Below the pieces are notes generated by a model, which was given only the letters and a program-made list of their open reading frames with translations, was not told the origin of the DNA and did no database searches. Below, in pieces: positions 10,037-21,113 of a DNA stretch of 64,000 nt. The stretch comes from Hyaloraphidium curvatum SAG 235-1. Taxonomy: Eukaryota; Fungi; Monoblepharomycota. Position 1 is the first letter of the stretch; every line of letters begins with the position of its first letter. The DNA lies in assembly GCA_025558095.1 (NCBI GenBank), contig JAIVFI010000037.1, forward strand, positions 467,648 through 531,647, in the 5' to 3' direction. A program made the translations under genes and the position numbers.

Positions 10037-13000
10037 ATGGCGTCCGACGGCCCACCCGCGCGCGCGCACGTGACGTTTGCGCCGTCGCCGGCTGTGGTGC
10101 CGGTGCCCAAGGACCAGGCGGCGGTCGGCGTGGGCGACGACGAGGGGCCGCCGGGCGTGCGCGACCTGAGCGCCAAGGAGCGCGGGCTGCTGGCGGCGGT
10201 GGCCGACGCCAACGCAAACAAACAGAGCGGCGAGGGCGGGGACGGCGAGGGGGAGGGCGGGGAGGGCGGCCGCGGCGGCGAGGCGGCGGTGCACCGCGTG
10301 CGGTTCGCGGGCCCGGCGGTGGTCGAGGTGCCGCGCGACCAGGTGCTGATCCCGCTGGACGACGAGCTGTCGACGCTGGAGGAGCGGAGGGGCGACCGCG
10401 TCACGCTGAACGACGTGGGCGTCGATGGGGCCGGCCAGCGGGCCGACGACGACACCGAGGCGTCCATCGACGGCCCCGGCGCGCCCTCGACGGACGCCTC
10501 GATCGACGCGCCGCCGTCGCTCGGCCAGGAGCCCGCCGGCCAGCCGCACCCGCACCCGTCGCCCATGTCGTCGACCACCGCCGTGCCGCCCTCGGACGCC
10601 TCGTCGCTGCCCGACCCACACCAGCCGCCCCCGCGCCGCCCCACGCGCGACAGGCTGCCCTCGCGCGACAGGGCCGGCGTGCGCGCCGCGTCGGACCTCA
10701 GCCTGCGCGAGCTGGAGCTGCTGGAGGAGCACCACGTGGAGCACGACGGGCACGCGCACGGCGGCGGGGAGCATGCGGGGCCGGCGGACGGACGGACGGG
10801 GGCGACAGGTGGCAATGATGCTGCGCAGGCGGAAACCGGGGCGGGCGAGCAGGCCGGACCGACCGTCGAGCCAGCCACCTCGTCCTCGTCCTCCTCGGAG
10901 GAGGAGGAAGAGGAGCGGCCCCGCCGCACCTCCCGCGCGCGCTCCCTCTCCGCCGGCTCCGCCTCCCGCGTCACCTTCTCCCCCCTGCCCAGCGTGGTCC
11001 CGATCCCCAAGGACCAGCCGCACCTGCACGTGCTGCACCACGCGCGCTCGGACGAGGAAGGCGGGCCGAGCGGCAAGGTGCCCGGCGATCTGAGCGCGAG
11101 GGAGGTGGAGCTGCTTCACGAGCGGGGCGGGGAGGAGGAAAGCAAGGTGGGAAGCGGTACCGGAGCGCCCGGCCGTCCACGGTCTGACCCTCGCGAGTTC
11201 CGCCAATGTTCCCACAGGTCACCTTCTCGGAGACCGCCGCCACCGTCCGCATCCCCAAAACCCAGTCCGTCGTCCCCCTCGACCTCGCCCGCATCCGCGG
11301 GCGCTCCGCCTCCTCCTCCCGCAACTCCCCGCGCTCCCCCGGCGCCGCCGGCACCCCCCCTTCGCCCGGGGACAACGCCGAGGACGAGGGGGCCATCGCC
11401 CACCTGGGGAGCCACTGGGCCTCGGACCTGTCGATGCGCGAGGTGGAGATGCTGGAGAGCAAGATGGAGGAGAGGGCGGCGACGCCTGCGCCGGAGGAGC
11501 CCGAGGGGTGGGAGGACGACGAGGGGGGGGAGGCGGACGACGGGGTGGAGGCCGCCGAGGGGGAGGGGGAGAGGTACAGGGAGGGGCAGGGGCACGGACA
11601 CCGGAGGAGCCTGACGCCCAGCGGCGGGTTCGCAAAGGTGCTTCCCCTCCGCGCTCCCACCCCGGATGCCAGCTCACCCCGCCCGCCGCAGGTCACCTTT
11701 TCCCCGCGCCCCGCCGTCGTGACCATCTCCAAGGACCAGCCCACCATCCCCCTCGCGCTGCCGCCCAACGCCGGCGCCGCCGTGCCCGTGCTCCAGGCCC
11801 GCGTGGGCGAGGAGGGCGACGTGCAGCTGCTCGGCGAGGAGGGCGTCGGGCGCGACCTCAGCGGGAGGGAGGTGGAGATGCTGAGCGCCAAGCTGAGCGA
11901 GAGGGGGGACAGCGAGGATGCGGAGGCGGAGGGCGAGGGGGAGGAGGGGGAGGGGGAGGGGGAGGAGGGGGACGACGAGTATGCGGATGCGGACGAGGGG
12001 GACGGGGACGATCCGCCGCCGGGGGGTGCGCAGGGGGGCGCTGGAGGCGGCGGCGGTGGGCAGGGTCCGGAGGATTCGGACGGGGATGAGGACGCCGGCG
12101 ATGCGGGCCCGCGCGGAGCCGGTGACGATCGTCCCCCGCACCGGGGCGGCGTGGCGCCCCGCGGCAACGGCCCCAGGGACGCCGTGGACGGTGAAGCCTC
12201 CGACGACCTCGAGGACCCCTCGATCCCACGCTGGACGCCCGGCCGCCGCGCCTCGATCTTCACCGCCGGCTCGGACGGCGACTCGGCATCCACGGACCCC
12301 GACCCCGCGCCTCCCCCGCCCGCCGCCCCGCGCCCCGTGCACCTCGCCGTGCACACCGGGGAACGGGAACGCGGCCGCTCGCCCTCCCCCACCGCCGCGG
12401 GCCCCGCGAGCCCCTCGCTCATCGCGCGGTTCTACCGCAGCCCTTCGGCGCAGATGCTCGCGGGCGCCATCGCCTCGGGCGTCTCCACCGTCGCCGGCCT
12501 CGCGCAGGCCGCCGCGTCGGCGGCCGGCGGCACCCTCGCCCCCGGGCGCGGCGCAAACATCCTCGCCGCGCCGACGATGGAGGCCTTCGCGGCGTTCCTG
12601 CGGCAGCGCAGGCCGGGGAGGGTGGTGGTGCTCACGGGCGCGGGGATCAGCACGTCGGCGGGGCTGGCGGACTTCAGGAGCGAGGCGGGGATATACGCCC
12701 GGTTCGACGAGTGGAAGGCGAGGATCGGGGTGCCGTACCCCGAGGCGGTGTTTGATCTGAACTACTTCCGGTGGGTCGGGATCGGCGCGTCTGCGACCCG
12801 GATCGCTGACAATCGAGTCTTGATGACCCACAGCCAGGACCCCAAGCCGTTCTACGCCATGATGAGGGAGCTCTTTGGGCGCAAGGCAGGACACGTGCCT
12901 ATGCCCACCGAGGCACACTGGTTCATGAGGCTTCTGTACGAAAAGTGGGTCGGCTCGACTCTTGTCTGCTCGCTTTAGCTGACATGAGGAGTGTGGTCCC

Positions 13001-14087
13001 ACAGAGGGATCCTGCTCCGCAACTACACGCAAAACATCGACTCGCTCGAGCACCTCGCCGGCCTCCCCTCTGAGCTCGTCGTCGAATCCCACGGCCACTT
13101 CCGCTCCGCCTCGTGCACCGGCCGCCTCTCCTCGGGCTTCGGCGGTCTCCCCGAGGACATCCCCGCCTGCGGCGCCGAGTACCCGCCCTCGTACGTCCGG
13201 CGGTTCCTGGAGAAGGAGCCGTGGGGGGTGCCGACGTGCGCGCGGTGCGGGGGGTGGGTGAAGCCCGCGCTGACCTTCTTCGGGGAGGCGCTGCCGCCGA
13301 CCTTCTGGGACGCGGCGAGGGCCGATTTCGACGAGGCGGAGGCGATGATCGTCATGGGGACCAGCCTTCAGGTGCGTCCTCAATGTTCGGCGCGAATGAC
13401 AAGTTCCTGACCGCTTTCCCCTGTTGACAGGTCCAGCCGTTCGCCTCGCTCATCGAGCGAGTTCCTCCCACGTGCGCCCGCCTCATGATCAACCGCGACC
13501 CGCCCAAGTTCGGCCCCTTCCGCCGCACAGCCCGGCGTCTCGCGCTGTGGAACGAGCGGTCCCGCCTGGGCCAGAACCCCCGCCAGGTGCTCCGCGAGGA
13601 CGACTCGGACGCGGACGACGACCTCGTGCACGGGTACGACCACGACGGCGCGCCCAAGCGCGGCCACGACGCGTTCGGGGACCTGGTGCAGCAGTTCGAC
13701 TTTGCCCTCGAGGAGGAGGCCGAGGCCATGGGCGGCAACGCCGTGCGCGATCCCAACAGGGCCAAGCTCCGGGACGCGATCCACCTCGGCGATGCGGACG
13801 AGGCGGTAGCGGAGCTGTGCCGCATGCTCGGGTGGGAGGCCGACCTGGCGAGGGTGCGGGCCGAGGGCGAGGCGAGGTACGAGAGGTACCGCGCCGAGCA
13901 CGGCGACGGGGGCTGGTGGAGCGTGTTCGAGTTCGCGGCGTCGCCGCCCGACGAAAAGGCCGACCCCGCCGGCGCGGAAAAGAGGGGGACGCGGATGGGG
14001 GGGATGGCGGGCGGGGCCAACGAGGCGTGGGCGAGGCTGCAGAGCAGGTTCGGCGTCGAGACGCCGAGGGAGTGCGAGTTCATGTAG
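10037..14087 (+). CDS. Class I (SIRT2/Hst2-like) sirtuin with a long acidic N-terminal extension carrying five tandem repeats
   Basis: Sirtuin motifs LTGAGISTSAGLADFRS, PEAVFD, YTQNIDSLE, HGHF, CxxC..VKPALTFFGE, GTSLQVQPFASL, INRD. Introns at 11147-11217 and 11638-11691, plus three in the catalytic domain. Confidence 0.92.
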
Positions 14088-14353
14088 CTAATGGGCGAAG
14101 GCTAGTCAGATTCGGGCGATGAATGGTTCCATTGCCTGCGGTCGCCGGATGGCCTGCTCTCCTCCTCGCGAAGCTTTCTTGAACCCTGGGGACGCACGTA
14201 CAGCGGGATCGGGCCGAAAACGGGGACCATTGATCGGTGAAGAGGATGTTGAATCGCCAGCACGGAGCTGATCGAGCTCGCATGCCCGTAACGTCATCCC
14301 ACATACTCTTGCGACACGCTCGGTCATCCTACCCCCGTTTTTGGCTATCCGAT

Positions 14354-15980
14354 ATGGACGCGTCTGCTGTCGATGCTCCGGCTTCCGGCCCCGCGACGCG
14401 GTTTTCGGCGGCGGAGTGGGCGGCGCTGTTTCCGTCGCCTGTTACGCCGGGTCCCGACGCTGCGGACGCCGACGTGCCCCACGAGCTGCGCGAGCTTGCG
14501 TTGCGGGTTGCGGCGGAGAGGGCGGTGGCACCGCCGCTCGACCTGGACGCCCTGCTCGCGGGGCTTGAAGGGGCGCCGGTCACGAGGCAGCTCGTGCGGG
14601 TCGGCGCGTTCCTGAAGCGCAGGGGGCTGCCGCACTACGGCCTCATGGAGCTCACGCACCAGGCGTTTGCACTGTTTTTCGTGCTGCTCGTGTGGATCGA
14701 GAACGACGGCCGGTTCGGCACGCGGCAGTTGGTTGTAGCGACGGTTGCCAGCTTCGTCCGCGTCGCGATCTGGGACGCGCGACTCATGACCGGACATTTC
14801 CTGCCGTCCGAGAAGGAGGTGTTCATGAAGCCCAGCGCGGCCGACTCGGGCTCGTCTGTGGACGGCAACGTCCTCGCGGGCCTGGTCCGCTACCGCGAAC
14901 TCGTGCAGGCCGGCGGCACGCTGCTCACGGAACATGTGCCGGGAGACCCCTTGTGCGCATGCCCCAAACCGGGCTGCACCGGGGGCCTCACTTGGGTCAC
15001 GTTTTTTTCCTACACAGCTTCCGCCGCCGTGCAAATTGCCTGCATGCTGACGTGGCCGGTCGTGCTGCGGGTCTGGACTCCGGCCGTCACCCTGGGCTCC
15101 GTTACGTGGTCGACGCCGTGGGCCGCCACGCTGGTTGTTCTGGGCATCGTCTTTATCTCGTGGCTGATGGTGGTTACGACCCTGATGCAGGTGGCAACGT
15201 ACGCGCGCAACGGTGCAGCCTTTGCGCTTGATACACGGTTGCGTCGCCGTGCCGCCCAACTATGCCTGGAGGACCTGCTGGAAAGGTTACGGGACGCCCT
15301 CGCCCGGCCTGATGGCACGTGGAAGCCGCGGGAAGCCGAGAGTGAGCCTTACATGGCGCTGCACGGTGCCCTAGTCACGACCTGGCGGCGCACCAAGGCC
15401 GGCTCGGACCCCAGCCGCGCCGTCATGTTGACGGGACTGCTCGCGGAAGTGGTGGCGGTTCTCATTTTCGTCGTGGGTTGCGAACCAGGACACCTCGGGA
15501 AGACGGACTCCTGATCCTCCGTTGCAGATCGGATCCTCGTGCATTCCCTCTCCCAACCTCGCCGGCGTCCTATACATCATTTTCACCCTGCTAGTTTTCG
15601 ACCTCTTGGTTTTGGCCGCCGCCAACACATCCCCCGACCGCATCGCCGCCCTGTTCCGCTCAGCCTCCCACTCGCTCCGCTCCATCGGCACCGCCGCTGC
15701 GGCCAGCGGCCGCACGGACCTCGCAGCCGCGGCTTCGTGGCACGACCGCTTCCTCTCCGGCTTCGCGGACGTCGATCCCTACCGCATCCGCGCGTTCGGA
15801 GCACCCGTCACTTTTGACCTCGTGCGAACCGTCGTGGCGACGCTGTTTACGCTTGGAGTGGGGCTGTGGAGCCTGCTTCGGGGCGCGGGTGTTGGGGTCA
15901 CAATTGGCATCGTATGCCCGGTGGGTGGGTGCTTGGCGGGCCGGACTGGAGTTGACCGATGCAGTCAGTGTCCCGCTTGA
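14354..15980 (+). CDS. 7-TM membrane protein, paralog 1 (candidate gustatory-receptor-like 7TM ion channel)
   Basis: Seven hydrophobic segments; intron 15473-15527. Shares FSAAEW..LFP, RQLVVAT, H-x3-D-x2-CxC-x4-C and AFGAPV..LGVGLWSLL..CP motifs with the genes at 37278 and 52998. The exact 3' end is uncertain. Confidence 0.75.
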
Positions 15981-16163
15981 TAGGGTTTCCGAGGATTGTC
16001 CGCGCGCTGGTGCAATGCTTCAAGGAGCGGAAGTTTGCGACAGATCTGGAAACTGCCCTTATTCGACGGCACTTGAACTCCCTCACACTACCTATTCCGG
16101 CCCCACTTAGCAATCCACAATCCAGCAGACTGCAGAGGTCCGGGTCATCTTCAGCATCCACCC

Positions 16164-17261
16164 TCACGGCTTGACCCCAATCACGACGTCCCTGTACAGC
16201 CCTGTCCCCTCGGCGTGCTTCCACTTGGCCGTCTCCCCCTCGTGCACCCTGAACCCCGCGGCCTCGACCATCGTGCGCACCCCAACGGCCGGCATGAACC
16301 CCGCCTCACGCACGACGAGCACGCCGCCCCTGTCCGTGGCGGCGAACAGCGCGGACAGCATGTCGGCGGCGACGGGGGGCGGGAGAAAGTCGAGCACGTT
16401 GCTCGCGTTGACGAGGCCGTACTTCTCGCCCTTCTCCGCGGCCAGCTTGGCGCAGTCGGTGAGTCCTGCGTCGGAGTAGTCGATCGGAGGCAGCTCGCCG
16501 GAGCGGAGCTTGTCGAGCGCCGCGTAGTAAGCGGGCCCGCAAGCGATCGGGGTGGGGGCGCCCAGCAGCGCGCGGAGCCAGTAGTCGTCGTCCAGGGTGC
16601 GACCCGCGGCGAGCTTGGTGGCGATGGAGTGGGCGATCCGCTCCCCGAACGCGCGGCGAACGATCTCCGGAACGGGTGTGCCCTTCCCGAAGTTCTCGGC
16701 CCACACCTTCTCGTACTTTTCCACGGCGCCCGGGGCGGCGAGAGCGGCGGCCGGATCGGGCAGGTTGGGGACGTCGAGCTCGGGGTGCTGCTCGCGAAAC
16801 ACGTCGGCCATGGCGAGGAATGCCGCGGTGCCGGCGCCGATCCCGCGGAGGCCCTTGTCGGCGATGGCGGCTGCGTAGCGGGCGGCGATGTCCTTGGCGG
16901 CGTCGGGCAGCGAGGCGTCCTTGGCAATGGCGGCGAGCATCGCCCCGCGGAGGCGCTTCTCCTCCTCCGTGGCAACCGGCCCGGCGTTGGAGAGCACTTT
17001 GGCGGCGGCGTCGGCCGACGGCGCCGACTTGACGGCGGCCAGATGCAGCCTGCAGAAGTGGTTCTGCAGCGCGCTAATGTCGACGAACGTGAGGCCCGCC
17101 AGCTCTCCGGCGCCCAGGAGGGCGAGCCCCGTGTCCCCGCCGCTCGAGACACACAGAACTTTGGAGCGCGGCGGGGCCAGGGCGAGCGCAGCGAGCTCGA
17201 CGGCGGCGTCCTCATAGACCTGCGAGAACATGAGTGGGGCGGCGGCGAAGTCGACGGGCAT
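16164..17261 (-). CDS. DUF3419 / BtaA-like SAM-dependent (3-amino-3-carboxypropyl)transferase-fold protein, copy 1
   Basis: MFSQVYED..VE...KVLCVSSGGD..L...VDIS.LQ N-terminal signature and SNVLDF; intronless. Confidence 0.8.
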   Translation of the reverse strand: MPVDFAAAPLMFSQVYEDAAVELAALALAPPRSKVLCVSSGGDTGLALLGAGELAGLTFVDISALQNHFCRLHLAAVKSAPSADAAAKVLSNAGPVATEEEKRLRGAMLAAIAKDASLPDAAKDIAARYAAAIADKGLRGIGAGTAAFLAMADVFREQHPELDVPNLPDPAAALAAPGAVEKYEKVWAENFGKGTPVPEIVRRAFGERIAHSIATKLAAGRTLDDDYWLRALLGAPTPIACGPAYYAALDKLRSGELPPIDYSDAGLTDCAKLAAEKGEKYGLVNASNVLDFLPPPVAADMLSALFAATDRGGVLVVREAGFMPAVGVRTMVEAAGFRVHEGETAKWKHAEGTGLYRDVVIGVKP

Positions 17262-18372
17262 TTTGGCGGCCGTTCGACGGGGAAATGGCGATGGTGGTCG
17301 CGTCGCGGATTGTTGAGCTGCCGGCACAGCCTCGAATTCGAATTGTTGCGGATCCTGCCCCCGGCGCTTACATCCCTCTCTGCACGGCAGCAACTGCAAG
17401 GCGGTTCTCTGTGGGCAGATGAGGGCACGACGTCGGCGGGAAGATCGATGGAGGCGGGGGCGATGGCGATGGCGACCGGAGGCAGAGGAGGGGGAAGTGG
17501 GCGCGCTTGGCCAACACCCCTCCCACACAATGATCCGCGGAGTACTACCGCACCGCTGGTGTTACCTCGTATGTACGATACCCGCCGAGCTACCGGGGGG
17601 GGGGGGGGGGGACAACGGGCCGCTGGTTCGCCGGAGACGGGACAAGCGGACGGGGCTGCGAGGCAGGTTCGGGGAGGAGATGGCGGGCCGCACACGGACG
17701 AGAGAAACGGGCGGTGACACCAATGTTGCCGAGGGGTCGTCGGACCCCGCAGGACGTGTTCTATGTTGGAGATTCAAGACGGGGCGCGGTCACCAAGCGG
17801 TTGTCCAAATGGGCGGAAGTCCGCCCGGCCATCGACGTGCGGACAATAGCTCTGGGCTCCCGACCGAGGATTGGGACACCAAATCGGTGGAATTCTGCCC
17901 TGGCACCGAGTGCGAATCCATAGCGACCCTTGCACCCTTACATGACGTCAACGTCCCCTGGTCCCATCCAAAGGGCGTCGGACGTCGGCGCCCGCCGCAC
18001 CGGTCACACGATCGCGGAGACGGGGAGCGGCGCCTAGACCGGGGACGGGCCACCGCCTCCGAACTCCGGTGTAGCGCTGATGAACCGTGCAGCATGTCCC
18101 GAAGATTCGTCAGAAGCGCAGCGGCTTGTGCTGGGGTATTGGAAAATGGGCTATGCAGGACCGCAAGGTGCAGGGTCGTGTAAACTACAAAAGCGAGGCG
18201 GTGGAGCGCGGTGGCATCGAGCCACATGTTCGCATCAGTACTCGTCTCGAGCGATACCGAGCCCTTTTGGCAAAGGGTCTGGGCCCGTCCCCAGGGTCGG
18301 GGCTCGCGGGTCGATTTCGAAAGAATTCCTCCGTACCACCAAATCTGTCTGTCACCCACCGAACCCGCAACG

Positions 18373-19473
18373 ATGGCCACCCTCGACTTCGCCGCCGCCC
18401 CGCTTATGTTCTCGCAGGTCTATGAGGACCCCGCCGTCGAGCTCGCCGGGCTCGCCCTGGCCCCGGCGAAGCCCAAGGTCCTTTGCGTGTCCAGCGGGGG
18501 AGACACCGGGTTCGCGCTGGCCGCCCAGGCGGACATCGCCGGCCTCACGTTCGTCGACATTGCCGGGCTGCAGAACCACTTCTGCAGGCTGCATCTGGCC
18601 GCCGTCAAGTGGGCGCCGTCGGCCGCCACCGCCGCCAAAGTGCTCTCCAACGCGGGGCCGGCCGCCACGGAGGAGGAGAAGCGCGTCGGCGGGGAGATGC
18701 TCGCCGCCATTGCCAAGGACACTTCGCTGCCCGAAGCCGCAAAGGGTATCGCGTCGCGGTACGCCGATGCCATCGCCGTGAAGGGCCTTCGCGGGATCGG
18801 CGCCGGCACCGCCACCTTCCTCGCCATGGTCGACCTGTTCCGCGAGCAGCACCCCGAGCTCGACGTCGCCAACCTGCCGGACCCCGCTTCTGCGCTCGCA
18901 ACCCGGGGCGCCAGGGAGAAGTTCGAAAAGGTGTGGGGCGACGAGTTCGGCAGGGGCTCCCCCGTCCCCGAACCGATCCGCCGCGCATTCGGGGAGTGCA
19001 TCGCCCGCTCAGTCGACACCAAGCTCGCCGCGGGGCGCACCCTGGACGATGACTACTGGCTCCGCGCCCTGCTGGCCGCCCCCGTTCCGATCACCTGCGG
19101 GCCCGCGTACTATTCGTCGCTCGACAAGATCCGCTCCGGCGAGCTGCCCCCGATCGACTACTCCGACGTCGGGCTGACCGAGTGCGCCAAGCTGGCCGCC
19201 GAAAGGGGCGAAAAGTACGGCCTCGTCAACGCGAGCAACGTGCCCGACTACATGCCGCCCGCTGCCGTCGCCGACATGCTTTCCGCGCTGTTCGCCGCCA
19301 CCGACACGGGTGGGGTCCTCGTCGTGCGCGAGGCAGGGTTCATGCCGGCGGTGGGGATGCGCAAGATGGTGGAGGCGGCCGGGTTCAGGGTGCACGAGGG
19401 GGAGACGAGTAGGTGGACGCAGGCCGAGGGGACTGGGCTGTACAGGGACGTTGTGATCGCTGTCAAACCGTGA
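18373..19473 (+). CDS. DUF3419 / BtaA-like protein, copy 2 (inverted duplicate)
   Basis: Collinear with and highly similar to the 16164-17261 protein over its full length; intronless. Confidence 0.8.
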   Translation: MATLDFAAAPLMFSQVYEDPAVELAGLALAPAKPKVLCVSSGGDTGFALAAQADIAGLTFVDIAGLQNHFCRLHLAAVKWAPSAATAAKVLSNAGPAATEEEKRVGGEMLAAIAKDTSLPEAAKGIASRYADAIAVKGLRGIGAGTATFLAMVDLFREQHPELDVANLPDPASALATRGAREKFEKVWGDEFGRGSPVPEPIRRAFGECIARSVDTKLAAGRTLDDDYWLRALLAAPVPITCGPAYYSSLDKIRSGELPPIDYSDVGLTECAKLAAERGEKYGLVNASNVPDYMPPAAVADMLSALFAATDTGGVLVVREAGFMPAVGMRKMVEAAGFRVHEGETSRWTQAEGTGLYRDVVIAVKP

Positions 19474-20284
19474 GGGAGGAGGAGGTTCCCGGGCGGGGCG
19501 TTTCTTGGAGAGCGAAGTTAGCGGCTATTTGTGTTTAGCAATTCCGTCTGTCTGTCTGGGCTAATGTACTCTTGCGTCCGGGGCCGTCGCTTGTCAATAA
19601 GACCGTTCCTCCTGTTTGATGATTGCGCCGTCAGCAAAGCCCGAGAATCACTGTTCTCCGTATCGCCGACCCGAGGTGGAAAGCCCACAGGTCAAAGCCT
19701 TCAAGGGCTCCCCTCCTGAAGACTTGAAGATCGGCAAGGCCTCGGCGCCAGCGGGTCCCATTTGTCCGGCGGACTGCCTGAGGGCCCTCTACATGACTAC
19801 TGCACTACGCCAGCCGCTTACGGCGGCTCTGGTGCGCGGTACGGAATCCATATTGACTCCGACGCTGGGTCAATTTTGCGTTGACGGCGGCGGCTCTGCT
19901 GGAGTTTCTTCGGACGGCCAGGACGTGGCATCGAAATCGCCACAAGGGGCATGCGCCACCGACGAGGTTCTAGTTGCGGATGCACTTACTCGACGCGCCA
20001 TTCGCCCCATCGCCCCCGGCCCGATTCCGCAGCCCTCACGACCACTGCACCATTCGGATCCTGCCGACCTCGATCAAGTACAGCCTCTGCCTCGCCGTGT
20101 CGTACGCCATGCCGTACAGGTTCAGGGTCTCGGTGTTGGTTGTACGAAGGCGGCAGTCCGACCTCAGCCTCACCAAAGACCTCCACCGATCGCCGGTCGT
20201 CCGTCTGCAGTCAAAGATCGCCAATGCAAGAAGCCTAACAACGCGTCATGACATTGGAATCCCGTGATCTGTGCACTGGCTGCT

Positions 20285-20922
20285 CTACCGAGCTCCTGTG
20301 CCGCCGTCCTTGGCCGTTTTGCTAGCTTGAACGCAGGTCTGCTTGTGCTGGGGCCACGCCAGCCTCTGGCAGGCCGCGCTGCAGTACGGCGTCTCCTTGC
20401 ATCTCGCGCACCGCCGCATCGTGCCCTTGGAAAAGCGCCCGCAGCCCATGCAGATCTCCACGCTGCCCCCGCGGCCCTCGGCGAACTCCACGGCCATGAG
20501 ATCCGTGCTTCCGTCCATTCCCTGCAGCATCCGGTCCCTTGCGTCCATCGCCTGCTCGACGGCAGCAACGCAGCGCTCCGATCCGCAGCACGGCCACACC
20601 CAGGGGACCCATTTAGGTCCCGGGCCCGCGATGGTGATCGCCGCCCGGCCGTCGCACCGGCCCCGCAGCCGAAGCAGAGGTACCCCGGCAGAGAGCCCGT
20701 TTCCATCCAGCGTGGCTCCGATTCCTCGAGCACCTGCAGGAAGAGCCGGTTGCGGAGCTCCCCGTGCGCGCCGCTCCACTCCCGCTCCGCGAACCGAGAG
20801 TCGAGCCCCTGGGGGTGCACGACGAACTTGGGGGGGTCGGCGGCGCTGCCGTGCTGGTAGATGGTGATGAAGACGGGGACGACGAGCGGCCCGCGGCCCA
20901 CGAGCCCCTCAAAGTCGGGCAT
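20285..20922 (-). CDS. MYND zinc-finger protein (one apparent 1-nt frameshift near 20645-20650)
   Basis: CMGC...CARCKETPYCSAACQRLAWPQHKQTC is a canonical MYND finger. The N-terminal frame (ATG 20922, CFGC) joins the PCCGSERC/MYND frame if one G is added to a GGG run. Confidence 0.75.
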
Positions 20923-21113
20923 CGCGCTCTGGGAGGGAAAGGTGACGTGTCGGTTTCAGGTTTGCCCAGGACAGCGATCACCCAACTCTCAACCTCAAAG
21001 CGAACCACGCGCTGCCATAAATCGCGCCAGGAAACTAAACGCAATGTAAACACTGTATTCCGAGAATATGGGCCTTGTCCCCGCAGACATAGATACCATC
21101 GACACGGCGCGGC

